Source of the DNA: Candidatus Babelota bacterium
GTDB taxonomy: Bacteria > Babelota > Babeliae > Babelales > Vermiphilaceae
NCBI GenBank assembly: GCA_049325595.1
Contig: JBMOLF010000009.1
Coordinates: forward strand, 27,137-91,136
Direction: 5' to 3'
Length of the DNA stretch: 64,000 bases
In this document: positions 19,095 to 29,634 of the stretch, in pieces
Position numbering within the stretch: the first letter of the stretch is position 1
How the letters are laid out: each line of letters starts with the position of its first letter
Notes under the pieces: generated by a model
The model's input: the letters and a program-made list of their open reading frames with translations, nothing else
Told to the model about the DNA's origin: nothing
Databases searched by the model: none
Position numbers and translations under genes: made by a program

Positions 19095-19466
19095 ATGAAA
19101 TATAAATTATTAGCGCTATTTCTAATTACGGGCGTTTATAACATAAATGCTTATATAATGAGAGTTCACAATACGACCGATGGTATTGTTTCGGTTGCCA
19201 TACGAACAACAGCTGGGCCAACTTACACACAAGATATTGATGCGCATGGATTTTGGCAAGTTGATACCATTGGCTGGTGTCCAAGAGAAATTTCGGTTTC
19301 AGGAGTAACTGGCCCTAACGTTGGCTTATCTAATACCAACTCTAATATTACCGGTAATCGTTGCCGGAGCAGAACTATTCACATTGTTCCGCGTTTACCG
19401 TTAGCCCGAAATTTACAAACTAATATTGTGCAATATCAAGGACTTGATATTCTTCTTTCTAATTAA
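19095..19466 (+). CDS. Small secreted beta-rich protein, paralog 2 of 3
   Basis: Signal ending INA; YIMRVHNTT...VDTIGWCPRE...GNRCRSR. Confidence 0.75.
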   Translation: MKYKLLALFLITGVYNINAYIMRVHNTTDGIVSVAIRTTAGPTYTQDIDAHGFWQVDTIGWCPREISVSGVTGPNVGLSNTNSNITGNRCRSRTIHIVPRLPLARNLQTNIVQYQGLDILLSN

Positions 19467-19477
19467 AGGATATAGTC

Positions 19478-19864
19478 ATGAAAATAAAATTATTGATCAT
19501 CGCATTATGTGTTACCTCAATAGCACATGCATACAGATACCGTGTAAATAATAATACTCAAGGACAAGTTTACGTTGAATTAAATGCTATTGGTAGGTGG
19601 TCAAACCCTCACAATGTTATCGAGCCGGGTCAAAGTTGGGAAATTAATACACGCGGCTACTGTGTAAACAGAGTTACTGCTATTGGCCGTAGTGGCGTGG
19701 TCGAAGGGTTACATACAACTCATGAAGTGCGTGGTATAGCATGCCAAGGTCGTACATTTAATATACGTGCATTAGGTGAAATACGCGATGTACTAGAACG
19801 AGTTGATGAAAGCGGCAGACCATTATATGTGCCACAAGCATTGAGAATCGAAGATTCTAATTAA
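19478..19864 (+). CDS. Small secreted beta-rich protein, paralog 3 of 3
   Basis: Signal ending AHA; YRYRVNNNT...IGRW...INTRGYCVNR...GIACQGR. Confidence 0.75.
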   Translation: MKIKLLIIALCVTSIAHAYRYRVNNNTQGQVYVELNAIGRWSNPHNVIEPGQSWEINTRGYCVNRVTAIGRSGVVEGLHTTHEVRGIACQGRTFNIRALGEIRDVLERVDESGRPLYVPQALRIEDSN

Positions 19865-19892
19865 AAAAATCTTCAATTTTTTAGATTTTTGC

Positions 19893-19927
19893 AAAGGGAG
19901 AAAGATATTATTCTTTCTCCCCTTTTT
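19893..19927 (+). terminator. Intrinsic terminator
   Basis: GGGAGAAAGA-tattat-TCTTTCTCCC followed by CTTTTT. Confidence 0.75.
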
Positions 19928-20136
19928 AATCTCCAGGTAAAGGAGTAAAAATAAAATTTTCTTTTTCTTTGCTGCAAGAAATAGCAGCAGCTATCGCTTA
20001 TCATGATTCAAAGAATTTACTGGAGCAAATGCGAGCCAAAAAAATCTGCAAAATTTTTAAACCATGTTCCATCTTCCCTAAACTGTGTATAGTAGCAAGT
20101 AAGATCCATACAATTATGTTAATAGGGGAGTTGTTA

Positions 20137-21390
20137 ATGAAAATTACTAAAATAATCGGCCGTGAAATTTATGACTCCCGTGGTATGCCAACGCTTGAAT
20201 GTGAGTTGTTTTTAGAAGAAGGATATTCAGTTACCTCATCGGTTCCATCAGGAACCTCTAAAGGACAATTTGAAGCAAAAGAACTGCGTGATGCAAAGCG
20301 TCTTGGTGGTCATGGTGTTGCAGTAGCTATTGAAAACTTAGAAAATATCATTGCACCTGCGCTAATTGGACAAGAGCCAGAAGCTATCACCATGGATCTG
20401 CACATGATTGAGCTTGATGGCACTATCGATAAATCAAAACTTGGTGCCAATACTATTTTAGCGGCAAGCATGTGCATTTTTCGGGCACAGTCTCTAATTG
20501 CTGGCGTGGAGCCATATGAATTAGCAGGCCATTTATGTGACTTTAATTCAGTAAGTTTACCATTTCCTATGTTTAATGTATTAAATGGCGGCGTGCATGC
20601 GGATAATGGTTTAATGATACAAGAAATAATGGTTATCCCCGTTGGTGCGCAAAGTTTTAGAGATTCGATGGAAGGCGGCTTTGTTGTAAACCAAGAATTA
20701 AAACAAGTGCTTAAAGAAAAAAAACGTTCAACCTTAGTTGGTGATGAAGGTGGCTTTGCGCCAGTTTGTACCGATGAAGAAGAAGCGCTTGATATTATGA
20801 TGCTTGCCATTGAACGTGCACAGCAAAAAACAGGCTTACGCTATGTATTAGCACTTGATGTTGCAGCAAGCCAATTTTATGATTATGAAAAACAAACCTA
20901 TCGCTGGCATGAGCAAACAAAAACAACGCAAGAACTAGTCGATTGGTATGAAAAACTGGCACATGCATATCCGCTTTATTCGATTGAAGACGGCCTTGCA
21001 GATACCGATTTTGATGGATGGAAAGAGCTTACCAGCCGTCTAGGTGAAAAAATTCTAATTATTGGTGATGATTTATTTGCTACTAATCAACATCGCATTG
21101 TACAAGGTATTGAGCAAGGTCTTGCGACCGGTGTAATCATTAAACCAAATCAAGTTGGTACAGTTACTGAGACATTGCAAGCAATTAAATTATGCAAAGC
21201 GTATGATCTACAAGCTATTGTATCTCATCGATCCGGTGAAACGAATGACACGTTTATCGTTGATTTAGTAGTAGGGTGTAGTGTTCCCTATATTAAAGCA
21301 GGTGGTTTTTCACGAGGAGAGCGCATGGCTAAATACAATCAGCTCATGCGCATCGAAGACTTTTTGATGTTCTCGCTGCTAGGTTCGTGA
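20137..21390 (+). CDS. eno: Enolase
   Basis: DSRGMPT, NGGVHA, GDEGGF, DVAAS, IEDG, GDDL, KPNQVGT, SHRSGET; start at ATG 20137 after GGGGAG. Confidence 0.95.
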   Translation: MKITKIIGREIYDSRGMPTLECELFLEEGYSVTSSVPSGTSKGQFEAKELRDAKRLGGHGVAVAIENLENIIAPALIGQEPEAITMDLHMIELDGTIDKSKLGANTILAASMCIFRAQSLIAGVEPYELAGHLCDFNSVSLPFPMFNVLNGGVHADNGLMIQEIMVIPVGAQSFRDSMEGGFVVNQELKQVLKEKKRSTLVGDEGGFAPVCTDEEEALDIMMLAIERAQQKTGLRYVLALDVAASQFYDYEKQTYRWHEQTKTTQELVDWYEKLAHAYPLYSIEDGLADTDFDGWKELTSRLGEKILIIGDDLFATNQHRIVQGIEQGLATGVIIKPNQVGTVTETLQAIKLCKAYDLQAIVSHRSGETNDTFIVDLVVGCSVPYIKAGGFSRGERMAKYNQLMRIEDFLMFSLLGS

Positions 21391-23742
21391 AAAAGGATTT
21401 TCTTCAATTTGATTAACAAGATCTTTTAGCTGTTTATCTTTGTTGTCATCTAATTGAGCAGGCGATTGTTGAGAAGCAATATGAAAGCTTTCTTCTATGC
21501 CTGCTTCATCTAAAAGATCTTTTTCATACGCATCGGCTGCTATTTCAGGGTCAGTTGCCAAGTATTGATCGACCAATGCCTGCGATGGTTCCCTCGTTGG
21601 TTGGAAGAACCAGCGCGTAATCGGATCACGAAGATTGTCAAAGATATAGTTTTCATTGCTGTAGTTTTGAGCAATTTCAACATAATCTTTGGTCATTTCA
21701 CTAATGCCAGCACGCAAACGTGGCTTAATAATAGTTGGCGAAATAAATACCGTTAAAAAGGTCTTAGTTGCAGCACTGCTTCTGCGTTTAAAGAACCAAC
21801 CCAAAATAGGAATTTGGCCGAGTAATGGTGTTTCATTTAAGGCATCCAGCATATCAATTCGGGTAAGTCCGCCCAATGCAAGTACGCACCCATTTGCAAC
21901 ATTAGCATTGGTTATTACTTTACGGGCAAGGCGGTTTCCATCAGATACATTAGCAGACGTAAATTGTACGATGTCCACTTCTATGTGAAGGTTTACCGTA
22001 TTTGCTGAACTTATACGTGGGGTAATACCAACAGTTAATTGTGCTGGAATCCATTTACGTGTTGCATTTATAGCACCACCAGAAGAACCTGCAGCCGCGT
22101 CTTGTAAAAAGCGATCTTCAGTTACCGTGATCATTGCTTGCTTGTTATTAATTGCAATTACGTGTGGGTGACTTAAAACCTTGGTATTATCAAGCAATTT
22201 TTGAATTTGCAAGATTCCCCAGGTTTGTCCGCTATTAGGATCATTAAATGCAACTGCCATTGATCCCGGACTAAAAAAACTTGCCGCACTGCGATTATCC
22301 CCGCCCGGCGTTGTGGGAGGATAGGCATTACGCAATAGATCAGATTGAAGGGTATTTGCCGGAGGCACCGTATTTTCATTAAGTAAAATATTTGGTGTTG
22401 TTTGCGCTGATTGGAAATTCACTAAATGCGGGAATGGTAATTGTGCTGGGTTCCGAATCGAGCTACCAAGTAATCGAACATCATTTAAGGTTAAATCAGC
22501 AATTAAAACTTGCAGCATTACAATGTCTTGCGGGCGATCAACTTGCTCAATAAATTTTTTGATATATTCCCAATCATCAGAACGTGCTGCAATAATTAAG
22601 TTATTATTACCAGCAAATTTACCCTCTGCCGCTTCTTTATTACCAAGATTGAGTGTTTTATCGCTTTTTACAATAACACTTTGTAAAAGGCGTTCAGGAC
22701 CACCTTCTGTCGCTTCGCCACCTCGTGCTTGCTCAGGTCCGCCACCGCGCTGGCCTTTAATAATTGACTCAAGAACAGGAACAAATGAATCAGCATCTAG
22801 GTATTGTAATTGATACACATGCAAAATTGATTTACCCGTACCGATCTCTACATCGATATATTTCATTATAAAATCTTTGAGTCGCTCAACTGCTTGTGCG
22901 CGCCCCCTTAAGATAATTGAATTGGTGCGAGGTACGGCTGCAACGGCAACAGGTTGAAAATAAGTACCTTCTGGTTTTTTACTGCCGGGTAGCTTGTTTG
23001 GCTCAACGGTTACTTGTAACTCTTTGAGAATTTGATCAACAACAAATGAGGCTTGTACAAAATGTAAACGCAATACTTCTAGTGTTTCTTTGTAGGTTGT
23101 TTGATCGAGTGCATTTAAAATTTGAATTGCTGCGCGAATATTACTTCCTCTATCGGTTATTAAAAAACTATTAGTAGCAACATCAACTTTAATATCTGCT
23201 TTGAATAAGGCGCTATCAGATAAAACATTTTTTAATATAGCAAGCAATTCGCTATCGGCTGCATCAGATGCGCGAATGTTTGATAAATAGTGTAAGTATC
23301 GAACTGGTTGATCAGTATCGGGGGGCAATACACCAACATACAGTGGCAATGATTCACGAATAAGATCAGGTGTAGTTTTTATAATTTGATAATTTCCTGC
23401 GTGAGGAACAATGTTGTACCCAGCGATATTAAGAAGTGTTTGAAAAATGTCCCATGCTTCAGACAACGTTAATTTTTCTTCAATATGTAAGGTTACTTTT
23501 TGATTAATAGGTTCTTTTGGCAAGACGACATTAATTCTTTTTTCAGCACTCATTAAGTTGATGATATCAACCAGATCTTCATTATCAAAATAAAAGCTAA
23601 TTTTTCTTTTGCGATTTTTCTTTTGTTTACCATTAGGCTTTGCAGAAATTTTTTCATTCAATGCGCTTGGATGAAAAATGCTTTTTATATCTTCTGCCCA
23701 TACTGTATTGCTTAAGAGAATTATGATAAATAAAAAAATCAT
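21379..23742 (-). CDS. gspD: Type II secretion secretin GspD, copy 2
   Basis: N0 (FYFDNEDL), N-repeats (TNSIILRG), secretin core (VLSHPH...NNKQA, TPRIS, LGGL, PLLGQIPILGWFFK). Confidence 0.9.
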   Translation of the reverse strand: MIFLFIIILLSNTVWAEDIKSIFHPSALNEKISAKPNGKQKKNRKRKISFYFDNEDLVDIINLMSAEKRINVVLPKEPINQKVTLHIEEKLTLSEAWDIFQTLLNIAGYNIVPHAGNYQIIKTTPDLIRESLPLYVGVLPPDTDQPVRYLHYLSNIRASDAADSELLAILKNVLSDSALFKADIKVDVATNSFLITDRGSNIRAAIQILNALDQTTYKETLEVLRLHFVQASFVVDQILKELQVTVEPNKLPGSKKPEGTYFQPVAVAAVPRTNSIILRGRAQAVERLKDFIMKYIDVEIGTGKSILHVYQLQYLDADSFVPVLESIIKGQRGGGPEQARGGEATEGGPERLLQSVIVKSDKTLNLGNKEAAEGKFAGNNNLIIAARSDDWEYIKKFIEQVDRPQDIVMLQVLIADLTLNDVRLLGSSIRNPAQLPFPHLVNFQSAQTTPNILLNENTVPPANTLQSDLLRNAYPPTTPGGDNRSAASFFSPGSMAVAFNDPNSGQTWGILQIQKLLDNTKVLSHPHVIAINNKQAMITVTEDRFLQDAAAGSSGGAINATRKWIPAQLTVGITPRISSANTVNLHIEVDIVQFTSANVSDGNRLARKVITNANVANGCVLALGGLTRIDMLDALNETPLLGQIPILGWFFKRRSSAATKTFLTVFISPTIIKPRLRAGISEMTKDYVEIAQNYSNENYIFDNLRDPITRWFFQPTREPSQALVDQYLATDPEIAADAYEKDLLDEAGIEESFHIASQQSPAQLDDNKDKQLKDLVNQIEENPFSRT

Positions 23743-24302
23743 GTTGCCTCACGAGCCAATGGTGGTAATAATGTGGCAATAGTTAAGGTTGAATTAATTG
23801 TTTGTGGATTTTTTTCTGAGCGGGTAATTTCTAGGTCTTTTATGTAAAGCCTATTGGTTTGTTCGATTGTTGATAAAAATTGTGCAAGTTGTTTCATGTT
23901 AATACCGGCTAAGGTTACTTTCTCAGCTTGCTCACGATAATTATCTTCAACAACAGTAGTAGTAAATTCTCCAGAGGTAAAATTTTGTTCTAAGTTTAGC
24001 TGTTTGGTAATATCTCGAATAAAACCATCTATTTTAAACTCAGGGTCTTGCGCTAAAATTGCATCAACTGCTTTACGTTGTTGCTGCACTTTTTGTGCTT
24101 TTTGTAAAATTTCACGCGTTTGCTCGCGCGCTTCATTAATAATATTAATGTGTCTGGTAGCTGATGCTATGCCCCAAAAATAATTTATTACTAACAATAG
24201 AGCGATAAGAAAAATAATACCCCAATACACAACAATGTATCTGATAAATGATCGTTCATTTAAGTTTTGAATGAATTCTTGTATTTTTTTTATAAGGGTC
24301 AT
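23739..24302 (-). CDS. T2SS GspM/PilO-like protein
   Basis: LNERS, one TM, coiled coil, then ferredoxin-like LAQFLSTIEQ...IKDLEI; coupled to neighbours by ATGA overlaps. Confidence 0.7.
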   Translation of the reverse strand: MTLIKKIQEFIQNLNERSFIRYIVVYWGIIFLIALLLVINYFWGIASATRHINIINEAREQTREILQKAQKVQQQRKAVDAILAQDPEFKIDGFIRDITKQLNLEQNFTSGEFTTTVVEDNYREQAEKVTLAGINMKQLAQFLSTIEQTNRLYIKDLEITRSEKNPQTINSTLTIATLLPPLAREAT

Positions 24303-25927
24303 GATTTCTCCTGACCGTTTTTAAGCAATCGAATAACAATAGTAAACTGTGGCTCTTTGCCTTCTTCTATGAGTTTAAATAATTTCGATTTTTTTAAATC
24401 GCGTTCGAGATTTTTTAATGCCTCATAATCGTTTACTTTGCCTTGCAGAGTAAGAATACCATCTGCAGAAAAAGTAATTTTTTCAAGATCTAGACCTAGA
24501 GCTTCTTTATCAATTTTATCAGTTAGCTCCAAAAGATATTTTAAATATGAAGTCCGAGCAGTGGTTAAAACAGCAAATCGTCTTTCTTCATCATTAACTG
24601 CGCGCTCTGCTTCAGCGATTAAGTCATCAAGGTCGGTTACTTCTTCTGGGATTTTAGGGAAACGCTCTTTAAGCGTTTCAATCACTTCTTCTTGAGAGGT
24701 ATACGCTTCATTATGCAAGCGACGCAATCCAGCAAGACTAAAAATTAATAATGAGCCAATGATTAAGAGTGATAAAACAAGGCTTACTAATAATTGTTTG
24801 GAAAGCTCCCAGGTCGAGGCGGTTGCAAATTCTTCTTTGCGCACATTAAAACGTGCCATACTGGTATTGGGCAATGCTACTGCTAGACTGACCACATTGT
24901 CATCGGGGAAATTATTTTTTGCTGATATTGAAATTCCTGTTTGGGAAATTGCCTGATGGAGGTTAAAAACATTAGTAGCAACCTGCAAGTGTTCAGAAAA
25001 ATAACCAAGCATACCCTTTAAATGTGCTGTTTGACCAAAAAACAACAACGAATCCATCGATTCATGCTCAAGCGCTGTAAATGATTTAATAGTAAAATCT
25101 ATATCTTTTGCAAGAGTTGCAAAGCCAGAATCAATTGCTTGGGCATAAGTATCGGTATGAGCATGCTTTTCTAGGCCGTAGCGTAAGGTATAATCCAGTG
25201 CTTCGGCTATAGAAATATGTAATTGCTCACTTGCTAATTTGGCGACATCATAAATTCCTTTGGGCAGTGTTCGCATTGCTCGTAACTGGCCGCGTTGAAT
25301 ATAGGCCATTCGGGTTCCTTGAATGCCAATTTCAATCAAGGTTACATTTTCATTAAGTGATCGATAATAAGGTAGTGCGGTATACAAACCATAAAGGGCA
25401 AGCAAATCGATGGTAATTTTTTGAGGACTAATTCCTGCTGCTTCAAATAATGCCAGATGATGAGCAATATGTTGCTTTTGTACAGCGACAATAAGTACTT
25501 CAACACTTTTTTCGTCAGGTAATTGTTTGGTAATAACAAAATCGACGACCGCATCTTGAATAGGAAAGGGCAGTAATGGCTCAATTTCATTTTGAACAAC
25601 TCGCGCAATCATATCATAATCAGTAAAGGGAAATTTTAGTTCTTTAAAGATTGTTTGTGCGCTACTCATAGAGCTATAAACCGCTTGATAACGAGCATCA
25701 ATCGAATCGATAATTTTTTTTATTGCAGAGCTAATTCGACTATCGTTATCATTACCATCGGTGACATCTAATTGTTCTTGAAACCATTTTTCAATTATTA
25801 TGTTACGACCTTTTGCTAATATTTGGGTAGCGGTAACATGGGTCTTGCCGATATCAAATCCAATAATGCGCGTTGGAATTACATAGTAATTGCGAATTTC
25901 CTGCGGGATAAATAGATCTTTAATCAT
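24299..25927 (-). CDS. T2SS GspL (PilM-like actin fold + TM + PilN-like domain)
   Basis: IGFDIG, LKFPF, IEPLLPFPIQDAVVDF, LIEIG, TM near residue 385. Confidence 0.8.
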   Translation of the reverse strand: MIKDLFIPQEIRNYYVIPTRIIGFDIGKTHVTATQILAKGRNIIIEKWFQEQLDVTDGNDNDSRISSAIKKIIDSIDARYQAVYSSMSSAQTIFKELKFPFTDYDMIARVVQNEIEPLLPFPIQDAVVDFVITKQLPDEKSVEVLIVAVQKQHIAHHLALFEAAGISPQKITIDLLALYGLYTALPYYRSLNENVTLIEIGIQGTRMAYIQRGQLRAMRTLPKGIYDVAKLASEQLHISIAEALDYTLRYGLEKHAHTDTYAQAIDSGFATLAKDIDFTIKSFTALEHESMDSLLFFGQTAHLKGMLGYFSEHLQVATNVFNLHQAISQTGISISAKNNFPDDNVVSLAVALPNTSMARFNVRKEEFATASTWELSKQLLVSLVLSLLIIGSLLIFSLAGLRRLHNEAYTSQEEVIETLKERFPKIPEEVTDLDDLIAEAERAVNDEERRFAVLTTARTSYLKYLLELTDKIDKEALGLDLEKITFSADGILTLQGKVNDYEALKNLERDLKKSKLFKLIEEGKEPQFTIVIRLLKNGQEKS

Positions 25928-28497
25928 GTATTAATCCCTTTGGTTTGTTCATCATTAAAGAGTTCCACTAATGATTTTTTAGTCGTTGATTGCGCTAATG
26001 ATCGTGTTCTTGGCATGCTAGCAGCAGGAGTTATACTTTTTGGTTGCTCAATGGTTGCATGAGCTAAATCGATCGGTCTTTGGGATCCTATTGGAGGCAA
26101 AGGTGGCTCGGGATTTACCGGACAATTATTATTCTTACGTTGGAAAATGAAATCGTCAGCCGCGCGTTCAGTTCCTTCACGACTTGGTTGGAAGAATAAT
26201 AGATCAACTGGGTCGCGCTTTTGTGAAACATCACGCATGTCATCAGTGGTTAACTCGTACGCATTAATATGTTTTTGAGTAAATTGTTTTATCGAACTTT
26301 GATCAAACGGCTCAATAATGGTTGTTGATATTAAGATCAGAAGATCTTGTTTTCGTTCTGCCTGGCGCTTATTTTTAAATAACCAACCAAGTACCGGAAT
26401 ATCGCCTAAAATTGGCACTTTAGAAACGTTATTGGTAACCGTGTTTTGAATCAAACCACCAAGTGCAATAACTTCTCTATTTGCAGAAATGGTAGTTGTG
26501 TTAATTTTTCGGGTAATACGTGCGGCATTCACCGGATCAGCTGCAGTGATAAAGTTTGAGAGCTCAATACCAAGGTCAAGTACAATCATGCCATCGGAGT
26601 TAATCTGAGGGGTAACATTAATTTCGAGCTTAGCAGTTTCATCACCAAACGTATTTGCTGTAGCATTACTAATAATTTGGCTGGTAATCAAACGACGAAT
26701 TTCACCAAGTGTTACGGTTGCTTTAGTTTTATTAGTTGCAACAACAAAAGGGTTTGAAACTACTTGTGTATTGCTCACGGTTTGCAACAACTGCAATATT
26801 GCCCATACGTTAAGATTATCCCCAAGAGAAATAACGGTATTACCAGCAGGTGCAAAGTTCACCAGACTTAATAAATTTCCTAACAAACGATTGGCTCCAG
26901 GTCCGAACGTGTTTTCTACGATACCTTTGGCGGCACCACCAGCGCGTAAGCCTGATGTTTGAAAGTCAACATTGTATCCTGTTAATCCTTCAACTCCAGG
27001 AACACGCGTTCTTATTTGTGCACCGAGCTCTTTTGTGTTTACTAAATCAACAAGTAAAATGAGTACTTCTACGGCAACCTGACGTTGTGGAGCGTCAAGC
27101 ATTGCAATAATGTCTTTTACTTTCAAAAAGTCTTCATAATCAGCGCGAACAACTAATTGGTTTCCTTCTGGTTCATGTACAAATGTCATAGGTTTGAAAA
27201 ATTTGTCGCCATCACGAACAGCGCCAAATGCAGCTTGCGGCCCTGTTTGCCCCAGAGTTGTAACACTATTCATAATGTTAGCGATAGTGCGCGCATCAGC
27301 ATAGCGCATTTTAATGACATGAATGGGAGAATATGGTTGGGTTAACTCGACGTCAATAAATCGAGTAATAAAATCTTCAATTTTTTTAATACCTTCTGCA
27401 GAGCCTAAAATAATTAATGAATTAGTGCGCGGTTCTGCAAAAATTTTGGTTCCTTCAGGAAAATACTGACCGGTTGGTGTTCTGCGCCCAGGGAATAATC
27501 GAGCCGTTACACTTTGACGATCTTCTTCAGGATTAAGTTGCTTATAAAGTTTTGCAACATCCATGGCATCTGCGCGACGAAGTTTTAATACCGACATTGC
27601 TTGTGGAGCATTAGCTTTATCTAATTCTTTGATGATCTGCATTAAGCTTTTAATATTATAAGCTTTATCAGTTATCACGAGTGCTCTTAGTTCTTGTAAA
27701 ATCACTACAGCAGATGATGGACTACGTAATCCCGGCTTGTTTTCGTCACCAATTAATGATCGAAGCGTATCAGTTGAAATATTGTCATAAAAATATACAA
27801 AGCGAACCATTTCATCGCTGTCTGGCAATGTTTCAGCAGGTACACCAATAAAGGCCGGAAGCGGCATTCGCCGTGCATTTTCAACCGCCGTAATGCGCAT
27901 AACACGCGGTGTTGGCTCCGGAACAATTGCAAGGCCTGCAATAGACAAAAAGGTATTAAAAAGATTCCACGCAGCTTTTCGCGTTAAAGGCTTTTCTGTT
28001 TTAAAAGAAATTTTATTTCCTTTAATTGGACGTGACAATGCTCCTTGTGCGCCAGGAGTTACCGTATCATCTGTAATAAAGGTAACGCCGTAAATATCTT
28101 CTATTTGTTTTACCAGTTGTTCAAGGTCGGCATTTTCAAAATAAAATTCAATAAGTTCTTCTTGCTCAGGCAATTGAATTTGAGGTTCTTCTATGGGTAA
28201 TTCTTTTTGGTCTAATAATTTGTGTGCTTGTTCGGTAGGGCTTTCTTTATAGCCTTTATCGACTAATGGCGGTTGCTCTGGTACCGGAGCAGTAGGTGCA
28301 AAAACAGGATTTTCAGCTTTTACTTCAGGTATTGCTGGTTCACTTGATAATACCGGTTTTGCATGCTCAACAGGCTTTGCTTTTTTTGTGCACAATTCTT
28401 CTTGCTGTGGTATACAATTTTGTTTTTTAGCGCATGATGGAGTAATGCCAATGAGTGTGAGTAAGAGCCACGCTAAAGGAATACGATATAAATTCAT
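25924..28497 (-). CDS. gspD: Type II secretion secretin GspD, copy 1 (Pro-rich linker, possible lipoprotein)
   Basis: FYFENADL, EPRTNSLII, LDAPQRQVAVEV, VTPQIN, KVPILGDIPVLGWLFK; N-terminal ITPSC. Confidence 0.92.
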   Translation of the reverse strand: MNLYRIPLAWLLLTLIGITPSCAKKQNCIPQQEELCTKKAKPVEHAKPVLSSEPAIPEVKAENPVFAPTAPVPEQPPLVDKGYKESPTEQAHKLLDQKELPIEEPQIQLPEQEELIEFYFENADLEQLVKQIEDIYGVTFITDDTVTPGAQGALSRPIKGNKISFKTEKPLTRKAAWNLFNTFLSIAGLAIVPEPTPRVMRITAVENARRMPLPAFIGVPAETLPDSDEMVRFVYFYDNISTDTLRSLIGDENKPGLRSPSSAVVILQELRALVITDKAYNIKSLMQIIKELDKANAPQAMSVLKLRRADAMDVAKLYKQLNPEEDRQSVTARLFPGRRTPTGQYFPEGTKIFAEPRTNSLIILGSAEGIKKIEDFITRFIDVELTQPYSPIHVIKMRYADARTIANIMNSVTTLGQTGPQAAFGAVRDGDKFFKPMTFVHEPEGNQLVVRADYEDFLKVKDIIAMLDAPQRQVAVEVLILLVDLVNTKELGAQIRTRVPGVEGLTGYNVDFQTSGLRAGGAAKGIVENTFGPGANRLLGNLLSLVNFAPAGNTVISLGDNLNVWAILQLLQTVSNTQVVSNPFVVATNKTKATVTLGEIRRLITSQIISNATANTFGDETAKLEINVTPQINSDGMIVLDLGIELSNFITAADPVNAARITRKINTTTISANREVIALGGLIQNTVTNNVSKVPILGDIPVLGWLFKNKRQAERKQDLLILISTTIIEPFDQSSIKQFTQKHINAYELTTDDMRDVSQKRDPVDLLFFQPSREGTERAADDFIFQRKNNNCPVNPEPPLPPIGSQRPIDLAHATIEQPKSITPAASMPRTRSLAQSTTKKSLVELFNDEQTKGINT

Positions 28498-28502
28498 ATT
28501 TT

Positions 28503-29609
28503 TTACTCGGTGTTAGATAACATATTTTGTATTGGCCGCTTCCCTTTTTCCAACATATTTTTTCTTTCTCTGGCCCTCAATTCATCAATTGTTGGTGCAA
28601 ATGTTTCACGTTCTTCAAGTCGTTTTAATTGCTCTCTTGTTATTTGATCTGCCGTTCTTCTTTGGGTGTCTCGTGCTGGCGGCTTGGCAATAGTATCACG
28701 CAATTCGTAGTAAATGGTGGTTTCTCTGCCATTTCTTATTACTTTAACTGGAATTGTTCGATTTGTCTTTAATGTAGTAAGTTCTTGGTAAATAGTAAAA
28801 CGATTTGCCGTAGTTGTTGCCGGAATATCGTTAATAGCAATCACCATATCGCCACGCTCTAAGCCTATTGCAGCAGCAAGTGACGGAGGGTTTATCGTGC
28901 CAATACGACAGCCAATGCTAGCCCCTTGACTATACACACCAGTTAAATCAAGCATATCGATAAATTGTGCAAGGCTATGAACTCTGCCAGCAAATTCATG
29001 TACATTTACCATAAATTTATTTGATGAAATAGGTTTGATAACAGATGACCAATCTTCAATAAACGTATAAGCAGGATCTGATTTTGCATCACGTTCTTTA
29101 AGGTACAATACTTCTTGCTGGCCATTAGAACGTAAGAATATAACTTTATTACTCATAATCCGAATAAGTTGTGCATCTTCAATACGATCACCAATTTGAT
29201 AACTGGATTCTTGTCCAGTTGCATTGTCGGCAATAATCGCTCTGTTTCTTGTGTCATCATGAACAATCACAATTATGCCACGCAACGTTATAGCCAGTGG
29301 CTCTTGAAATTGCGGCTTGGGCTCTTCTGGTTTGTAGATAGGATGCGGCGCGGGTGGCTCGGGTGCAACTGCCGTGAATGTTGGCACGCGCTCAATAGGC
29401 GCTTCAGGAATTACTGTATTGAATAAATCATTTTGGTATATTTTACTCAAATTAATTTGCGCAGATGTTGTAGTAATTGGCTTTACATACTCGACAGGTA
29501 CAATTTCTTCTCGCTCGGGAATAGATATAGACGAAAAGAGCATAAATCCGAGTACAGAGATAAAAAGGAAAAGGAGTGCGCTGTTTAAAAGCCAAAATGG
29601 TTGTCTCAT
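28503..29609 (-). CDS. gspC: T2SS GspC with PDZ domain
   Basis: N-terminal TM, HR domain (LRGII...RAIIAD...YQIGDRI), PDZ (GLERGDMVIAIND). Confidence 0.85.
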   Translation of the reverse strand: MRQPFWLLNSALLFLFISVLGFMLFSSISIPEREEIVPVEYVKPITTTSAQINLSKIYQNDLFNTVIPEAPIERVPTFTAVAPEPPAPHPIYKPEEPKPQFQEPLAITLRGIIVIVHDDTRNRAIIADNATGQESSYQIGDRIEDAQLIRIMSNKVIFLRSNGQQEVLYLKERDAKSDPAYTFIEDWSSVIKPISSNKFMVNVHEFAGRVHSLAQFIDMLDLTGVYSQGASIGCRIGTINPPSLAAAIGLERGDMVIAINDIPATTTANRFTIYQELTTLKTNRTIPVKVIRNGRETTIYYELRDTIAKPPARDTQRRTADQITREQLKRLEERETFAPTIDELRARERKNMLEKGKRPIQNMLSNTE

Positions 29610-29634
29610 TCATTCATTCCTTGTGATAAGTACC

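Noticed and set aside
19969..20136. 56-aa N-terminal extension of enolase in the ORF track
   Set aside because: This is a TTG-start artefact; the family N-terminus and a GGGGAG RBS point to ATG 20137.
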